A stretch of DNA of 64,000 nt from Candidatus Marinacidobacterales bacterium (GCA_965226495.1 OZ245365.1:1152001-1216000), one strand, 5' to 3'. Numbered from the stretch's first letter, positions 18,822-29,743 are shown. Made by a program: numbers and translations. Notes: generated from the letters alone by a model not told the origin.

Positions 18822-20960
18822 TCAAAAACGAACCAAGTACGAGAACTTGACGAAGAACTGGCTCGCATCGTTCATGAATACGTTTCGGGTTCGGGCCAAG
18901 CCGCTCGCCGTTGTCTGAAGCCTAGGGTCGATGTTTTGCAGGTTACCGTTATAGCCCACGTACAAAGCGGTGCCGTGGTGCAGGAAATAGGTGAACAAGA
19001 AATCGGCGTTGAAATTCTTGGTGTTGGGGAGGCTCGTTCTCGCCGCATTAGCCAGGACGGCGTTGTACTGAAGGATGGCGCGAACCGACAAGGCCCGTGT
19101 GACTTGATAGTTCAGTTTGGATTGGACGATGTGATTGTTGAAGACGCAGCCGTCGCCCTCGCGATCCGTCAGGCGGGTCAGCAGATACCGAGTGTCGAGT
19201 GTCAGCGAGGTTACCGGCCGCAAGACAATTCCGAGATCCGCGGACGTGAGGTTCTCCAAAGTCGGTTTCTCGCCCCGGGGCGGTTGGAAGTTGATCCCGG
19301 TTCCGGTGACGAAATGGGTGTTGAAGTTGACTTGTGGGACGAAGGCCGTTGAGAACATCAAGCCTCCAATCGATTGCGAGAAGCGTTCGTTGGTCGAGAG
19401 CCCTGGGAAATCCTGCGGCCTAAGGGTTTCGTTAATGTCGAGGTAATAGGCGCCCAGTCTCGTTTGGCGCGTCCATTCCCAGTGAATCGCCGGGCCGTAG
19501 GTGAGCTCGAGCTCGGTACCGTCGTGGTCCGTGGTCTGCACAATCTTGAAGTCCGGACCCCAGGATACGAAGCGCTCTCCCTCCGGACGAAAACGGTAGC
19601 CGGCAAGTTGATCCACGGAGCGAATGTCCGGGCGAGGATCGAAGCCCACGGCGGTGCGGAAGCCCGGGCTTCGATCTCGATAGTTCAGGTTGTAGTTGAA
19701 CTGCCGGCCGGAGCGGTTGAGACTCGCCTCATAGGCAGGGCCATGAAGCGTGGCGCCGTCGAGAAACGTCGTCGCGCTGGTCGCGGCTTGGAAAGCCGCG
19801 GTCCAGTTCTGATTGAGCTTGAAGCGACCGTCGACTCCCGCGACACGGTTGCTGCTCTGTGCAAACTCGCGGTCGGTATAGATCGCTCCGATGCTGGATT
19901 GATTGCCGATGTCTCGGCTGAGTCGGAAAATGCCGAAAAGAGCACGCTCGTCCGAAATGACCCCTGGAATCGCGCGGCTCGACGATCGATCGTCGGTGAC
20001 GAGGGCACCGATTGCGTAAGGCCCTAGTTTGCCCGTCATCCGGACGCCGGCGGAAGGATCTTGAATCCGCCGAGTGAAGACGAGATTGATCGGAGTCTGA
20101 AAGAAACTGGCATTCTCGAGGAAGAACGGTCGCTTCTCGGGAAAGAAGACCTCAAAGCGCTGGTTGACGGTCACTTGGGGTTCGTCGGACTCCACTTGGC
20201 TCGATCGAAGTTGCGGGCGTCCAGCGCGCGGAACGCCCGATAAAAGGCATAAGGAATCAGATGCACGTTTCGTCCGGGAGATACGTTCTCGATTCCGGTC
20301 ATTAGCCCCGCCTGGTTCAACCGCCCTTCAACGCGGCTGGAGTAGGTCGGCCAATATGACTCCTCGTTGTTTCGGGGAATGTTGCGCTGCAGCATCAGTC
20401 CCCACGATTGCTGCGAAGCCGGGGAGAACCGGAGACTGCGGAAGGGGACAGACATCCAGACCACGTAACCGCGCTCAGTCCTTTGGCCTTTCGAATGCCA
20501 CACCGTGTCGAAGGAGTAATCCCAGCCTTGGCCTTCGATCCAGACGCCGGTGTTCTGAATCCCGAGAGGATTCGCCGCAAAGGCGTAGGCACGCCGTTGA
20601 TCCCGAAACGTATCGATTTGAATGGAAATGAAGTCGTCGTCGAGGACCTGCTCTCCCCGCGCCACCATACGGGCTCGGATCTTTGCCGGGTCGTCATCGA
20701 AGCATACGAAGACCACGTAAAGGTTGGTGTCATCGTAAGACAGATAGACGTCAGTCCGCTGCGTGGACTCGGCCCCGTCTCTCGGAGTGCGCTGAACGAA
20801 GCCACGAACTTTCGCCATGGCGGTTTCGCCGGACTCGGACATGTCGAGAAAGTCGGTCAGCTGAGGCGCCTCGTCGGTCCGGGGAACCTTGAACACCGAG
20901 CGTGGGGTCGCGACGGCCGGCGGCGATAAGACTGACAGCGCGAGTAAGACCGGGAGTCAT
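18822..20960 (-). pseudogene. CBM9-like plus DUF5916 outer-membrane protein, with frameshifts and an apparent internal deletion
   Basis: YDDTNLYV...DTFRDQRRAY...FDTVW then SQVESDEPQVTVNQRFEVFFPEKRPFFLE; frame break near 20200 and an indel just after ATG 20960. Confidence 0.75.
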
Positions 20961-21757
20961 GCGAAGAGCTCTTGGAGTACGTCGTTCCAGCGCTTCTCGA
21001 ACTCGGTGACTTCGTGCTGCGGTATGCCGTAGGTGGATAGCCAGACGGTGGCACTACCACCCTGTGACGACGGATCGAGCTTCACGCGAAGCAAGGAGTC
21101 GTTTCGATCCTCAACCGTTCCACTGAATTGCTTTCCAGGTGTGTTGACTTGAACCACGCCACGAAAGACTTCGCCTGTCGCGGATGTAATGGAGTAACGG
21201 TCTCCCTCTTGCAGGCCCTCGAGCGTGCCTTGCTTCACGACGGCACTCGGTCCCACGAGGCGAGACCAGGCGTCATCGAAGGGGATTCGAAAGGTTGCCA
21301 GGGCCCACGCCACCAGCCGACGCTCTCCGGCGTGTTTTTCGAGGTAGTGCCTGAGGCCTCGAAGCTCGAAGTCCCAGCCGCGATGAAAGGATTCGAAATA
21401 CTCGTTGTCCCAGTCGTCGCCGTAGCGAAATCCGGAGTGGACGACGCGAAGAACGGTGGTTCCTCCCTTCGCCTCCAAGAAGTAGTCCAGGATGAGCGGT
21501 GTTACTTCCTTCGCGGAGCCACTCGTGAATTTGGGGGCACCGACGGAACGGAGGCGATGGTTCGGCTCCCAGATCTCGATGCGCGAATCCCACACCGAAT
21601 ACTGCTTGGTCCAGCTCAACTCGACGTTGCCGCCCACCCCCGGATTCACCGTCGCCTCGAGAGGAAACCAGCCCATGAGCTCGTCGGCGTCGGTGAGCGC
21701 TTTCCAGACGCTCTCTACGGGTGCGTCGATTTCGATTTCTGTCTCAAAGGTTCTCAT
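20957..21757 (-). CDS. SRPBCC/AHSA1 domain protein
   Basis: EIEIDAPVESVWKALTD...WF...VVHSGF...GW...LRHYLE. Confidence 0.85.
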   Translation of the reverse strand: MRTFETEIEIDAPVESVWKALTDADELMGWFPLEATVNPGVGGNVELSWTKQYSVWDSRIEIWEPNHRLRSVGAPKFTSGSAKEVTPLILDYFLEAKGGTTVLRVVHSGFRYGDDWDNEYFESFHRGWDFELRGLRHYLEKHAGERRLVAWALATFRIPFDDAWSRLVGPSAVVKQGTLEGLQEGDRYSITSATGEVFRGVVQVNTPGKQFSGTVEDRNDSLLRVKLDPSSQGGSATVWLSTYGIPQHEVTEFEKRWNDVLQELFA

Positions 21758-21828
21758 GATTGATCTCCTTTAATCAATGCGCGCGGGGCCCCACCCCCAC
21801 GCGCTGGCCCTCGCTCTTCGCTCGGGCC

Positions 21829-22503
21829 TCAGACACGGCCGGTTCCCTTGGCGCCCGCACTCCATGAGCCAATTCCTCCCGGCCGGCGGGCCTCCGGCCC
21901 GTCACTTGCGGGATAGGAACCCAGGAAAACCTCAAAGCTTCGGCCTCCCGCAGCCTTCTCGTCGTGGTACTTCGCGACGAGCTGCTCCACTGCCTCAGTG
22001 AGCTCCTCAGCGAATCCGTTCCTCTCTTTTGCGGATGCGAAACGAACCTGCGTTTGCATGGAGAGCGTGGGGAGTTTTTTTCGTGCTTTGGCAGCGTGTT
22101 CCCGCAGCAGCCCGACGTGGCGGATGACGCGAGCAGCGAGCGCCACCAGATAGGCCGACGAAAAACGATCCCCGATGCGGTCGGGATCCGCCGCCACTCC
22201 CCCAAGAGCCCGCGGTGCCACCACGAAAGCCCTCGCTGCGGTTCTCAAGATCCGCTCCGTGCAATTGCCCTTGCGTCGTTCCTCGACGAGCTCGACAAAT
22301 CCTGAGCCCTCGAGCTCCCTGAGGTGATAGTTCAGCTTCTGCCGGGGGAGGGAGAGCTTACGGGCGAGTCCCGAAGCCGAGTCGGGCTCCTGGAGCTCTT
22401 CGACGATACGGAGCCGTAACGGATCCATTAGAACGGCCGCGCGATCCACCTGCTCGACCATGTCGAGGGTCGCCACCTGAAGTTGTTCGGTAACGGGGCT
22501 CAT
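21829..22503 (-). CDS. ArsR-like HTH transcriptional regulator
   Basis: DPLRLRIVEELQEPDSASGLARKLSLPRQKLNYHLRELE. Confidence 0.85.
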   Translation of the reverse strand: MSPVTEQLQVATLDMVEQVDRAAVLMDPLRLRIVEELQEPDSASGLARKLSLPRQKLNYHLRELEGSGFVELVEERRKGNCTERILRTAARAFVVAPRALGGVAADPDRIGDRFSSAYLVALAARVIRHVGLLREHAAKARKKLPTLSMQTQVRFASAKERNGFAEELTEAVEQLVAKYHDEKAAGGRSFEVFLGSYPASDGPEARRPGGIGSWSAGAKGTGRV

Positions 22504-22526
22504 GGGTTCTCCCTCCTCATGGTTAG

Positions 22527-22555
22527 AAGATAGTTCCGATTAATAAATTTGTCAA
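22527..22555 (-). promoter_or_regulatory. Sigma70 promoter of the regulator-SRPBCC operon
   Basis: TTGACA-17 bp-TATCTT upstream of RBS GAGGAGG. Confidence 0.7.
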
Positions 22556-22640
22556 GACAAAATAATATGTCGGTAAAAGAGAGGACCGCGCTTTAAGTTA
22601 CTTATTTTGAGTCTATTAGAGGTAGAATGACGCCGCGGAC

Positions 22641-22915
22641 ATGCGTCATTCTCTGCTGCTCTCGCTGGTACTGTCCTGGGCCTGCGGTTCCGGGCCCGAC
22701 GCGGACATGGATCGAGCGGCTTCCGAGGCACCAAGCGTCGCGTTCCTGCTGGTTCAAGCCCTCAGCCCTTTCGAGGTGGAGATCTGGGAGGCCATCCAGC
22801 GAGCCGAAGAGGATGGCGACGCGTCGCGGGTCAAGATGGTGGAGATGAAAGACCCGACCGAGTTCGAGACGACCGTCCGTCAGGTTAGCAACGCCGGCTA
22901 CGACGTTGTGGTCAG
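22641..22915 (+). pseudogene. BMP-family lipoprotein, N-terminal fragment
   Basis: Lipobox-like LSWAC; ...GYDVVV then loses similarity. Confidence 0.6.
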
Positions 22916-23185
22916 GCAGGGATGGCACTTTCTTTGTCGCACTTGGGAATCTTCTCCGAAGGGATGACCGCCGGCCGCGGGTTCATCGCGTTCGCGGCGG
23001 CCGCCTTTGCCAGCGGAAACATTCCCGGTACGGTGGGGGCCGCTCTTCTCTTTGCCTTCTTCGGTAGCGTGGCCATCCGCCTCGAGGGAGTGGGGCTCCC
23101 TACCCATTTCGTCCAGATGATCCCTTATCTCGTGACGCTGGGAGCACTGTTCTTGGCCAGCCGTCTAAGGACCGCCCAGGCCTGA
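22916..23185 (+). pseudogene. Nucleoside ABC permease, C-terminal fragment
   Basis: FSEGMTAGRGFIAFAA...MIPYLVTL. Confidence 0.75.
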
Positions 23186-23212
23186 GCGAGCGATGCTATC
23201 ATCCGAACGCCC

Positions 23213-24195
23213 ATGACAAACGACGCATTCCCAGAGTTCAAGCTGCCTGACGAGCTTCTGGGTCGGCCGGTGGACGTGATGGTGCTGGGAAACTCACGGC
23301 TCGAGATGGAGTGCAAGTTCCCGGTTGGTCCGCCGTCGGGGGACAAAAAGACCTTCGTATCGAAAGGCCGATCTACACCGCCGGCGGATGTGGGGCCAAT
23401 GTCGCGTGTTTCACGGCGCGCCTGGGAGGTCGAGCCGCTTTGGTGAGTCGCGTGGGCGACGGGAGAGATAGTGAGCCCGTCTGGGACGAGCTCCGTCGAT
23501 CCGGGGTCGAAACGCGCTACGTCAAACGCGTCGGGGGCACCGAGGGAAGTCTTCTCGTTATTCTCACCAATCCCGATGGCGACTGGACAGTATTGAGTTA
23601 TGTCGATGCGACGCTCGAGGTTCGACCGGAGGATTTGCCGGGTAAGGAGGCTCTCGGGAGCGCGAAGATTCTTCACATCGAAGGCTTCTACTTGGGGCAG
23701 GATCACCCCGATCTGGAGAGCGTCGTTTCGAAAGCACGTGAGGCGGGTTGTTTGATCTCGACCGACGGCGCGACCCCAGTGGCGAATTCGCGGCCGGCAC
23801 GACTGACGCAGTTTTTCGGCATGAGTGATATCGTGTTTGCGAACCGGTCGGAAGCATTGGCGGCTAGCAAGGCGAAAACACCGGAAGACGCAGCGGCGGC
23901 CTTTCCGTCCATGGGGCCGCGACTTTCTTTCTTGAAGCTGGGCCAGGAAGGCTCGTGGGTCGTGACGTCGGAGCGACTTGGCCGCGTGCCGGCCTATGCA
24001 GTCGATGTCGTCGACACTGTTGCAGCGGGTGATGCCTACGCTGCCGCGGCGCTTCTGCACTTGTGCCAAGGCGGAACGCTTTCTGCGGCGGCGAAGCGGG
24101 GGAGTGCGGCGGGAGCCCTCGCATGCCGCGGCCCTGGCTCGCTCTCCAGTGTTTTTGACACGAGGGACGTCGACGCGTTATTGGAAAACTCATGA
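23213..24195 (+). CDS. PfkB-family carbohydrate/nucleoside kinase (frameshift near 23310)
   Basis: GGCGANVA, VGDG, NRSEA, KLGQEG, VDTVAAGDAY. Confidence 0.85.
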
Positions 24196-25013
24196 CCAAA
24201 TCCATTCACGAAAGATTCGGCGGGCAATGCATGCCTGATGACATCGCCTCCTACGTGTTGGTGCCGGGGAGTCAGGCCCGCGTCGAGAGGTTCGCGTCCG
24301 CGTGGGACACGTCTCGTAAAGTGGCTGAGCACTTCGAGTTTCTCGTTTATACCGGCGAGATGGCGGGCGTCCCCTTGTCCGCATGCTGTACGGGGATTGG
24401 CGGTCGTTCGGTCAGCATCGCGGTCGATGAGCTCGCCGCACTGGGGGCGCGCACGCTTCTTCGAGCGGGCGTCACGGGGTCGATGCAACCTGGCGTTGCT
24501 GCCGGCGATCTCATCATCGCTTCCGGGGCGGTGCGAATGGACAAGACCAGCGAACACTACGTGTTCCTCGAATATCCGGCCGTCGCGGACTTCGAGGTCG
24601 TTGCGGCCTTGATCGCGGCGGCACAGAAGCACGGCTTCCCCTATCACGTCGGTGTCGCGGCCACTTCATCATCTTTTTACTGCGGGGAAGGAACCTCTGG
24701 TTACGGCGAGTACCGTCATTCTGGAATGGATTCGATCGCCTCGGATCTAACGGCGGCTAAGGTCTACGACTGGGATACTGAGACCGCGACACTCCTTACT
24801 CTGGCGGGTCTCTACGGTCTTCGCGCCGGACGCGTGAACGCGGTGGTCGATGATCCCGAGACCGGCAACTACAATCCGATCGGGGAAGAGAGGGCGGTCA
24901 AGACGGCTCTCGAGGCGATCTTGATTCTCGCCGCCTGGGATGAGGAGAAAAAGAGAACGAAGACTCGGTACGCGTTGCCCGATTACCCTCTAAGGAAGGA
25001 CGAGTCATCTTGA
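24192..25013 (+). CDS. Nucleoside phosphorylase (uridine phosphorylase-like) paralog 1
   Basis: VLVPGSQARV, TGIGGRS, RAGVTGS, GAVRMDKTS, YPAVAD. Confidence 0.85.
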   Translation: MTKSIHERFGGQCMPDDIASYVLVPGSQARVERFASAWDTSRKVAEHFEFLVYTGEMAGVPLSACCTGIGGRSVSIAVDELAALGARTLLRAGVTGSMQPGVAAGDLIIASGAVRMDKTSEHYVFLEYPAVADFEVVAALIAAAQKHGFPYHVGVAATSSSFYCGEGTSGYGEYRHSGMDSIASDLTAAKVYDWDTETATLLTLAGLYGLRAGRVNAVVDDPETGNYNPIGEERAVKTALEAILILAAWDEEKKRTKTRYALPDYPLRKDESS

Positions 25014-25801
25014 CGGACCCCAGAGAGCACGTCCACTACAACTTCGGCGGCGAATGCCAGCCGGGTGACATTGCTCCGTACGTTCTCTTGCCGACCGCGG
25101 TGCATCAGGTCGAAAAAGCTGTGGCCGACATGGAAAACGCGCGCAAGCTGACCCATCACTATGAGTTTCTGGTCTATACCGGCGAGTACGCGGGGGTTCC
25201 CCTGTCTGTCTGCTCAACCGGGATGGGAGGGATGTCCGTTTCCATTGCCATCGAGGAACTGGCTCGGCTCGGAGCCCGGACCTTATTGCAAGTGGGGTTG
25301 GCAGAGCCGCTACCGGATGAGCCTCCAACCGGAGGTTTGATGATTGCCAAGGGGGCGGCTCGTTTCGACGGGACGAGCAACGACTACGTGCGCCCCGAGT
25401 TCCCGGCGCTCGCACATTTCGAAGTCGTCATGGCCGCGATCGCGGCGGCGGAACATCTCCATCAAGCCTATCGAGTCGGGATCGTCGCATCGCTTGCATC
25501 GACGCCAAGGTCACGAGAGGACGGCGCGCAAATGGTCCACTCCATTCTCGACGAGCGGACCAAGCCGATGCGTGAAGCGATTCGTCAGGCAGGTGTTCAA
25601 GGTGGAAGTGGGGAAGAGGCCACCGTTTTTGTCCAGTCGGCGATCTACGGATTTCGCGCCGGTGCCATCAGCGCGCGCCCCGACGGGGAGGACAGCTTGA
25701 TCGCAACTGGCCTCGAAACGATACGGGTGCTAGGAGAATGGGATCGCAGGAAAGCCGAGGAGAAGGTCCCTCACACGGTACCGCGCGTAGGCGACGTTTG
25801 A
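25010..25801 (+). CDS. Nucleoside phosphorylase-like paralog 2, degenerate active site
   Basis: STGMGGMSVSIAIEEL, GAARFDGTS, FPALA. Confidence 0.75.
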   Translation: MTDPREHVHYNFGGECQPGDIAPYVLLPTAVHQVEKAVADMENARKLTHHYEFLVYTGEYAGVPLSVCSTGMGGMSVSIAIEELARLGARTLLQVGLAEPLPDEPPTGGLMIAKGAARFDGTSNDYVRPEFPALAHFEVVMAAIAAAEHLHQAYRVGIVASLASTPRSREDGAQMVHSILDERTKPMREAIRQAGVQGGSGEEATVFVQSAIYGFRAGAISARPDGEDSLIATGLETIRVLGEWDRRKAEEKVPHTVPRVGDV

Positions 25802-25808
25802 CGGGGAC

Positions 25809-27556
25809 TCAGGCAGGCAGGCCGACGCGCCGCATCAGATCTTGAAAGCGCGGATCTGCGCGCAACATGCGTAGCTCAGCAACCTTGAGGTAGACCAGAG
25901 CGCCATCGCGCTCCCGATAAGCCTTTTCCAACCACGTGAAGCACCGATCCGTATCTCCCAGGGCCAAATGGATCATGGCGATCTCAGCTGCTGGCCGAGT
26001 GAGCTTCTCCAGAATCTCCCGCGCCTCTTTCTTTCTTTCTTTCTTTCTTTCTTCCTTCCTACTCGCGCATAATAATATCCGAGCGTCCCGATGAGGGGGC
26101 CGCGACGCCCTGCTAGATCGATCGCTTTTTCGAGCTGCGCGATGGCCTCATCGAGTCGCGACTGCTCCAGATAAGTTATGCTCAGACCAAAGTGTGCCTC
26201 GCCGAAGTTCGGATCCAGCTCCAACGTCCTTCGATACTGTTGGATGGCTTGCTCGTACTGACCCGCGAAGTGCAACAGCCGTGCGAGAGCGGCGTTGATA
26301 ATGAGTGACAGGGGATCGAGCTCCTGAGCACGATTGATCGTCGCCAACGCCTCTTCGTGACGCCCCATGGCACCCAAGTAAATCGCATACCAATGGTGGG
26401 TGGTGGCATGGTTGACGTTCAACTTTAGGGCACGCCGAAATGAGCGCTCAGCGCCGCTCCAGTCCCAATCGTATCGGAACTTTATGAATGCGAGCGATGT
26501 GTGCGGCTCGGGCAACTTTGGGTCTATTCGCAACGCCTCCAACGCCGCGGCCCGCGCTTTGCCCACCGCCTCCCGCGGTGTCAGGCGGCCGTACCCTGCC
26601 GAACCGGCCAGGGTGTAAGAATCGGCCAGGCCTGCGTATGCTTGGGCGCAGCTCGGATCTTTTTCGATTGCCTGCTGATAACATTCAATAGCCTTCTGAA
26701 TGCCTTCTTCCGTCCTTTTGTTCCAGTGGTAGCGTCCCTCCAGGTAGAGCCGGTACGCGTCCGTATTTTCCGCTTGTCGTTTGGCAAGCTTCCTTTTCTG
26801 CGCCCCACTCAACTTAAACGACAGCCGCCCGGCGATCTCCTTGGAGATTTCCGCTTGCACTGCAAGGATGTCGGAGAGCGGCCGATCGTATTGCTCCCCC
26901 CAAAGCTGCCACCCGGTGGTGGCGTCCACTAACTCCACACCCACGATCAGAGTTTGCCCGTGTTGAACGACTCGCCCCACCAGTACCGCGCGGACATTCA
27001 ACTCCATCCCGACTGTTTGGGGATCCGTTTCTCGTCCTTTGAAGCGAAACACCGTGCTGCGCGCCATAACGCGCAGCCCGGGCAGTTGTGAGAGGTTGTT
27101 GATCAGGCTCTCGGTGATACCGTCGCTCAGGTATTCCGTTTTGGGGTCCCCACCGACATTGCCAAAAGGCAATACCGCAAGAGAATCAATGGTTTTAGCC
27201 ATTGGGTGTGTACGCGATGCTGTCCCTCGTACCTCGGTCACTTCGGCAACGAAGCTGTAACCACGCCCAGGCACAGTCGCCACGTACCGGTGCTCGGCAG
27301 GGCGTTCGCCCAACGCCTTCCTCAGCGAGGAGATGTTGCGCGTCAGGTTATTCTCCTCCACGACCGTGTCGTGCCAGACCGCTTTCATGAGGTCATCTTT
27401 TTCCAAAACCTGGCCGCGGCACTCGATAAGGGCGAACAGGATTCCAAAGGCTTTCGGGGTGAGCGGCACAACCTCACCATCACGTAGCAACAGGCGCTTG
27501 AGTGGGTCTACGCGAAACCGCTCGAACTCGTAGAAACGAACACCTGGCTTGGGCAC
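25809..27556 (-). CDS. Winged-HTH + TolB-like + TPR regulator; C-terminus frameshifted at an (AAAG)6 repeat
   Basis: LTPKAF...VEENNL...TVPGRGY; SLAVLPF...YLSDGITE; TPRs; tail EAREILEKL...[18 protein letters not shown] lies in another frame, ending at 25809. Confidence 0.85.
26027..26058. repeat. Simple sequence repeat (CTTT)6(CTTC)2
   Basis: Directly visible. Confidence 0.9.
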
Positions 27557-27564
27557 TGGTTGCC

Positions 27565-27594
27565 TTCAGGAATTTTCAGGAATTTTCACATTTC
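27565..27594. promoter_or_regulatory. 10-bp direct repeats, candidate wHTH operator
   Basis: TTCAGGAATT TTCAGGAATT TTCACATTTC between divergent genes. Confidence 0.55.
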
Positions 27595-27694
27595 TCTCAA
27601 CGACTTGTCAATCGAGTACCGGTACTGTGTAGCTCGCAAGACTCCCGGAGGCACCTGTTGCCACAGGAAACAGTTCTTCGGTTGGGAGGATGTT

Positions 27695-29095
27695 ATGAAA
27701 GAACTACGAGCGACCTCGAGCAACGGTGCGGTCACAGTCATAACAGAACAGGTCATTGAGCAATTCAGGGCGACGCTGCGTGGCCCGTTGCTGCTGCCCG
27801 ATGACGAGAGCTACGACACCGCCCGTACAGTTTGGAATGCAATGGTCGACAAGCGGCCGGCCTTGATTGCGCGCTGCGCAGGAACGGCGGATGTCATCCA
27901 GTGCGTGCGGTTTGCGCGCGAGCATGACCTGCTCGTCTCCGTACGCGGCGGCGGGCACAACTATGCCGGCATGGCCGTTTGCGATGATGGGCTGATGATC
28001 GACTTGTCGCCGATGAAGGGCATCCGCGTCGATCCCGCCCGGCAGACAGCGCGGGCTCAGCCGGGACTGAGGCTGGGCGAATTTGATATCGAGACGCAAG
28101 CATTCGGCCTGGCCACCACGCTCGGGGTAAATACCGACACCGGGATTGCGGGCCTGACCCTGGGCGGCGGCAATGGCTGGCTAGGGGGCAAATATGGGCT
28201 CGCCTGCGACAACCTGCTGTCGGTGGACGTTGTCACGGCCGATGGCGAGCTGGTGACCGCGAGCGAGAGCGAGCATGAAGATTTGTTCTGGGGCGTGCGG
28301 GGCGCGGGGGCCAATTTTGGGATTGTCACGTCGTTCGAGTACCGCCTGCATCCGGTAGGCCCGGTGCTGGGGGGCATGGTGCTTTACCCGATGAGTAAGG
28401 CTAAAGAAGCGCTTCGGTTCTTTAGCGAGTTCTCGAGCACATGCCCCGATGAGGCGAGCACAGTTGGACTACTGATGACGGCTCCGGACGGCAACCTGGC
28501 CGTGGGGATTGCTGCTTGCTACTGCGGGCCTACTGATCAAGGAGAGAAAATCCTGAAGCCGCTCAGAACGTTTTCTTCGCCGCTGGCAGACCTCATCGCG
28601 GCACGGCCCTACGTGGAGATGCAGAGCTTGTTCGATGAAGCCTGGGCACCCGGACGATTTTATTACCACAAAGCGAACAACATTCGCGCATTGAGCGACG
28701 CCGCGATTGAAACCCTTGTGGCATACGCCGAGACCATGCCCACCGCCCTATCGTCCATCTACTTCCAGCAGTTTCATGGCGCTGCCAGCCGCCTCGCCGC
28801 GAGCGACAGTGCGTTCCCGCATCGCTACGATCACTTCCTATTTGGCCCCCACCCAGCAACGGAGAACCCAGACGATTCCGAGAAGATGATCCGCTGGGCG
28901 CGGGAATGCTGGCAGGCGATGCAGCCGTTCGTCGAGGCGCTGGATGTGAACGCGCTGGAGGACGTTCTGGAGGAGGGTGAACAACGGGTGCGGGAGGCCT
29001 ACGGTCCCAACTACGAACGGTTGCTCGCCTTGAAGAACACGTACGATCCGACGAACTTCTTCCGCCTGAACGCGAACATCAAAACGACCGTGTAG
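27695..29095 (+). CDS. FAD-binding oxidoreductase (berberine-bridge/6-HDNO-like)
   Basis: RGGGHN, GIAGLTLGGG, DLFWGVRGAG, YDPTNFFRLNANI; RBS GGAGG. Confidence 0.93.
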   Translation: MKELRATSSNGAVTVITEQVIEQFRATLRGPLLLPDDESYDTARTVWNAMVDKRPALIARCAGTADVIQCVRFAREHDLLVSVRGGGHNYAGMAVCDDGLMIDLSPMKGIRVDPARQTARAQPGLRLGEFDIETQAFGLATTLGVNTDTGIAGLTLGGGNGWLGGKYGLACDNLLSVDVVTADGELVTASESEHEDLFWGVRGAGANFGIVTSFEYRLHPVGPVLGGMVLYPMSKAKEALRFFSEFSSTCPDEASTVGLLMTAPDGNLAVGIAACYCGPTDQGEKILKPLRTFSSPLADLIAARPYVEMQSLFDEAWAPGRFYYHKANNIRALSDAAIETLVAYAETMPTALSSIYFQQFHGAASRLAASDSAFPHRYDHFLFGPHPATENPDDSEKMIRWARECWQAMQPFVEALDVNALEDVLEEGEQRVREAYGPNYERLLALKNTYDPTNFFRLNANIKTTV

Positions 29096-29153
29096 CGGGA
29101 CGATTCTACGAACCGTCACGCCAAGTTCCGCACACGGTTCCCCGGTTAATCAA

Positions 29154-29726
29154 TTAGGCGTCGACCGAGAAGATCGTCTTGCACTTGGGGCAGCGGATCT
29201 TCTTCCCGCCGGTGAAGCTGGGGATGCGAAGCTCGAGCTTGCACTTGGGGCAGGTGATGTGCACTTTTTTCGCTGCCTTGGACCCCGCCCCGGCGAGGAG
29301 TCCTTGTTTGAGGTCCTGTTCGACCGCGGGGAAGTTCTCGTCGGTCCATGGGTTCTTTTGTTTCCAGCGGGTGAGAAAAGTCCCGTTCCGGATTGCGAAA
29401 TCGATCGGTAGATAAAGCTTCTGCTGGGTCTCGGCGATCACCCGGTTCATCTCGGGATACTCCCGCGAAACCACCGTAAGCGCGAGTAGATCCGTGGCTT
29501 GTTCGTCATCTAGAATCGAGCACGGGGCAGTCTGCAAACAGAGCTCTTGTTTCTCCAGGTGGCCCCATTTCGTTCGCGACGAGAGGGCCCAGGCGAGCCA
29601 AGCGTTGGGGTCACGCTCTGGGTACTGGACGCGTATTCGCTTCGTGGTCGACAACAGCGCCTCGGCCGCCGACTTTAGCGCTTCCTCGTTTTCCCAGAGG
29701 GAGCGGACTTTGGTCCAGATACCCAT
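29154..29726 (-). CDS. Hypothetical protein with C-terminal zinc ribbon
   Basis: CPKC...CPKC; RBS GGAGG. Confidence 0.7.
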   Translation of the reverse strand: MGIWTKVRSLWENEEALKSAAEALLSTTKRIRVQYPERDPNAWLAWALSSRTKWGHLEKQELCLQTAPCSILDDEQATDLLALTVVSREYPEMNRVIAETQQKLYLPIDFAIRNGTFLTRWKQKNPWTDENFPAVEQDLKQGLLAGAGSKAAKKVHITCPKCKLELRIPSFTGGKKIRCPKCKTIFSVDA

Positions 29727-29743
29727 GGAGCCGCCTCCGTAGG

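Noticed and set aside
21778-21900. GC-rich palindromic stretch at the 3' end of the HTH regulator as an ncRNA
   Set aside because: Single copy in the window with no recognisable family; more likely a REP-like insertion, cannot be supported further
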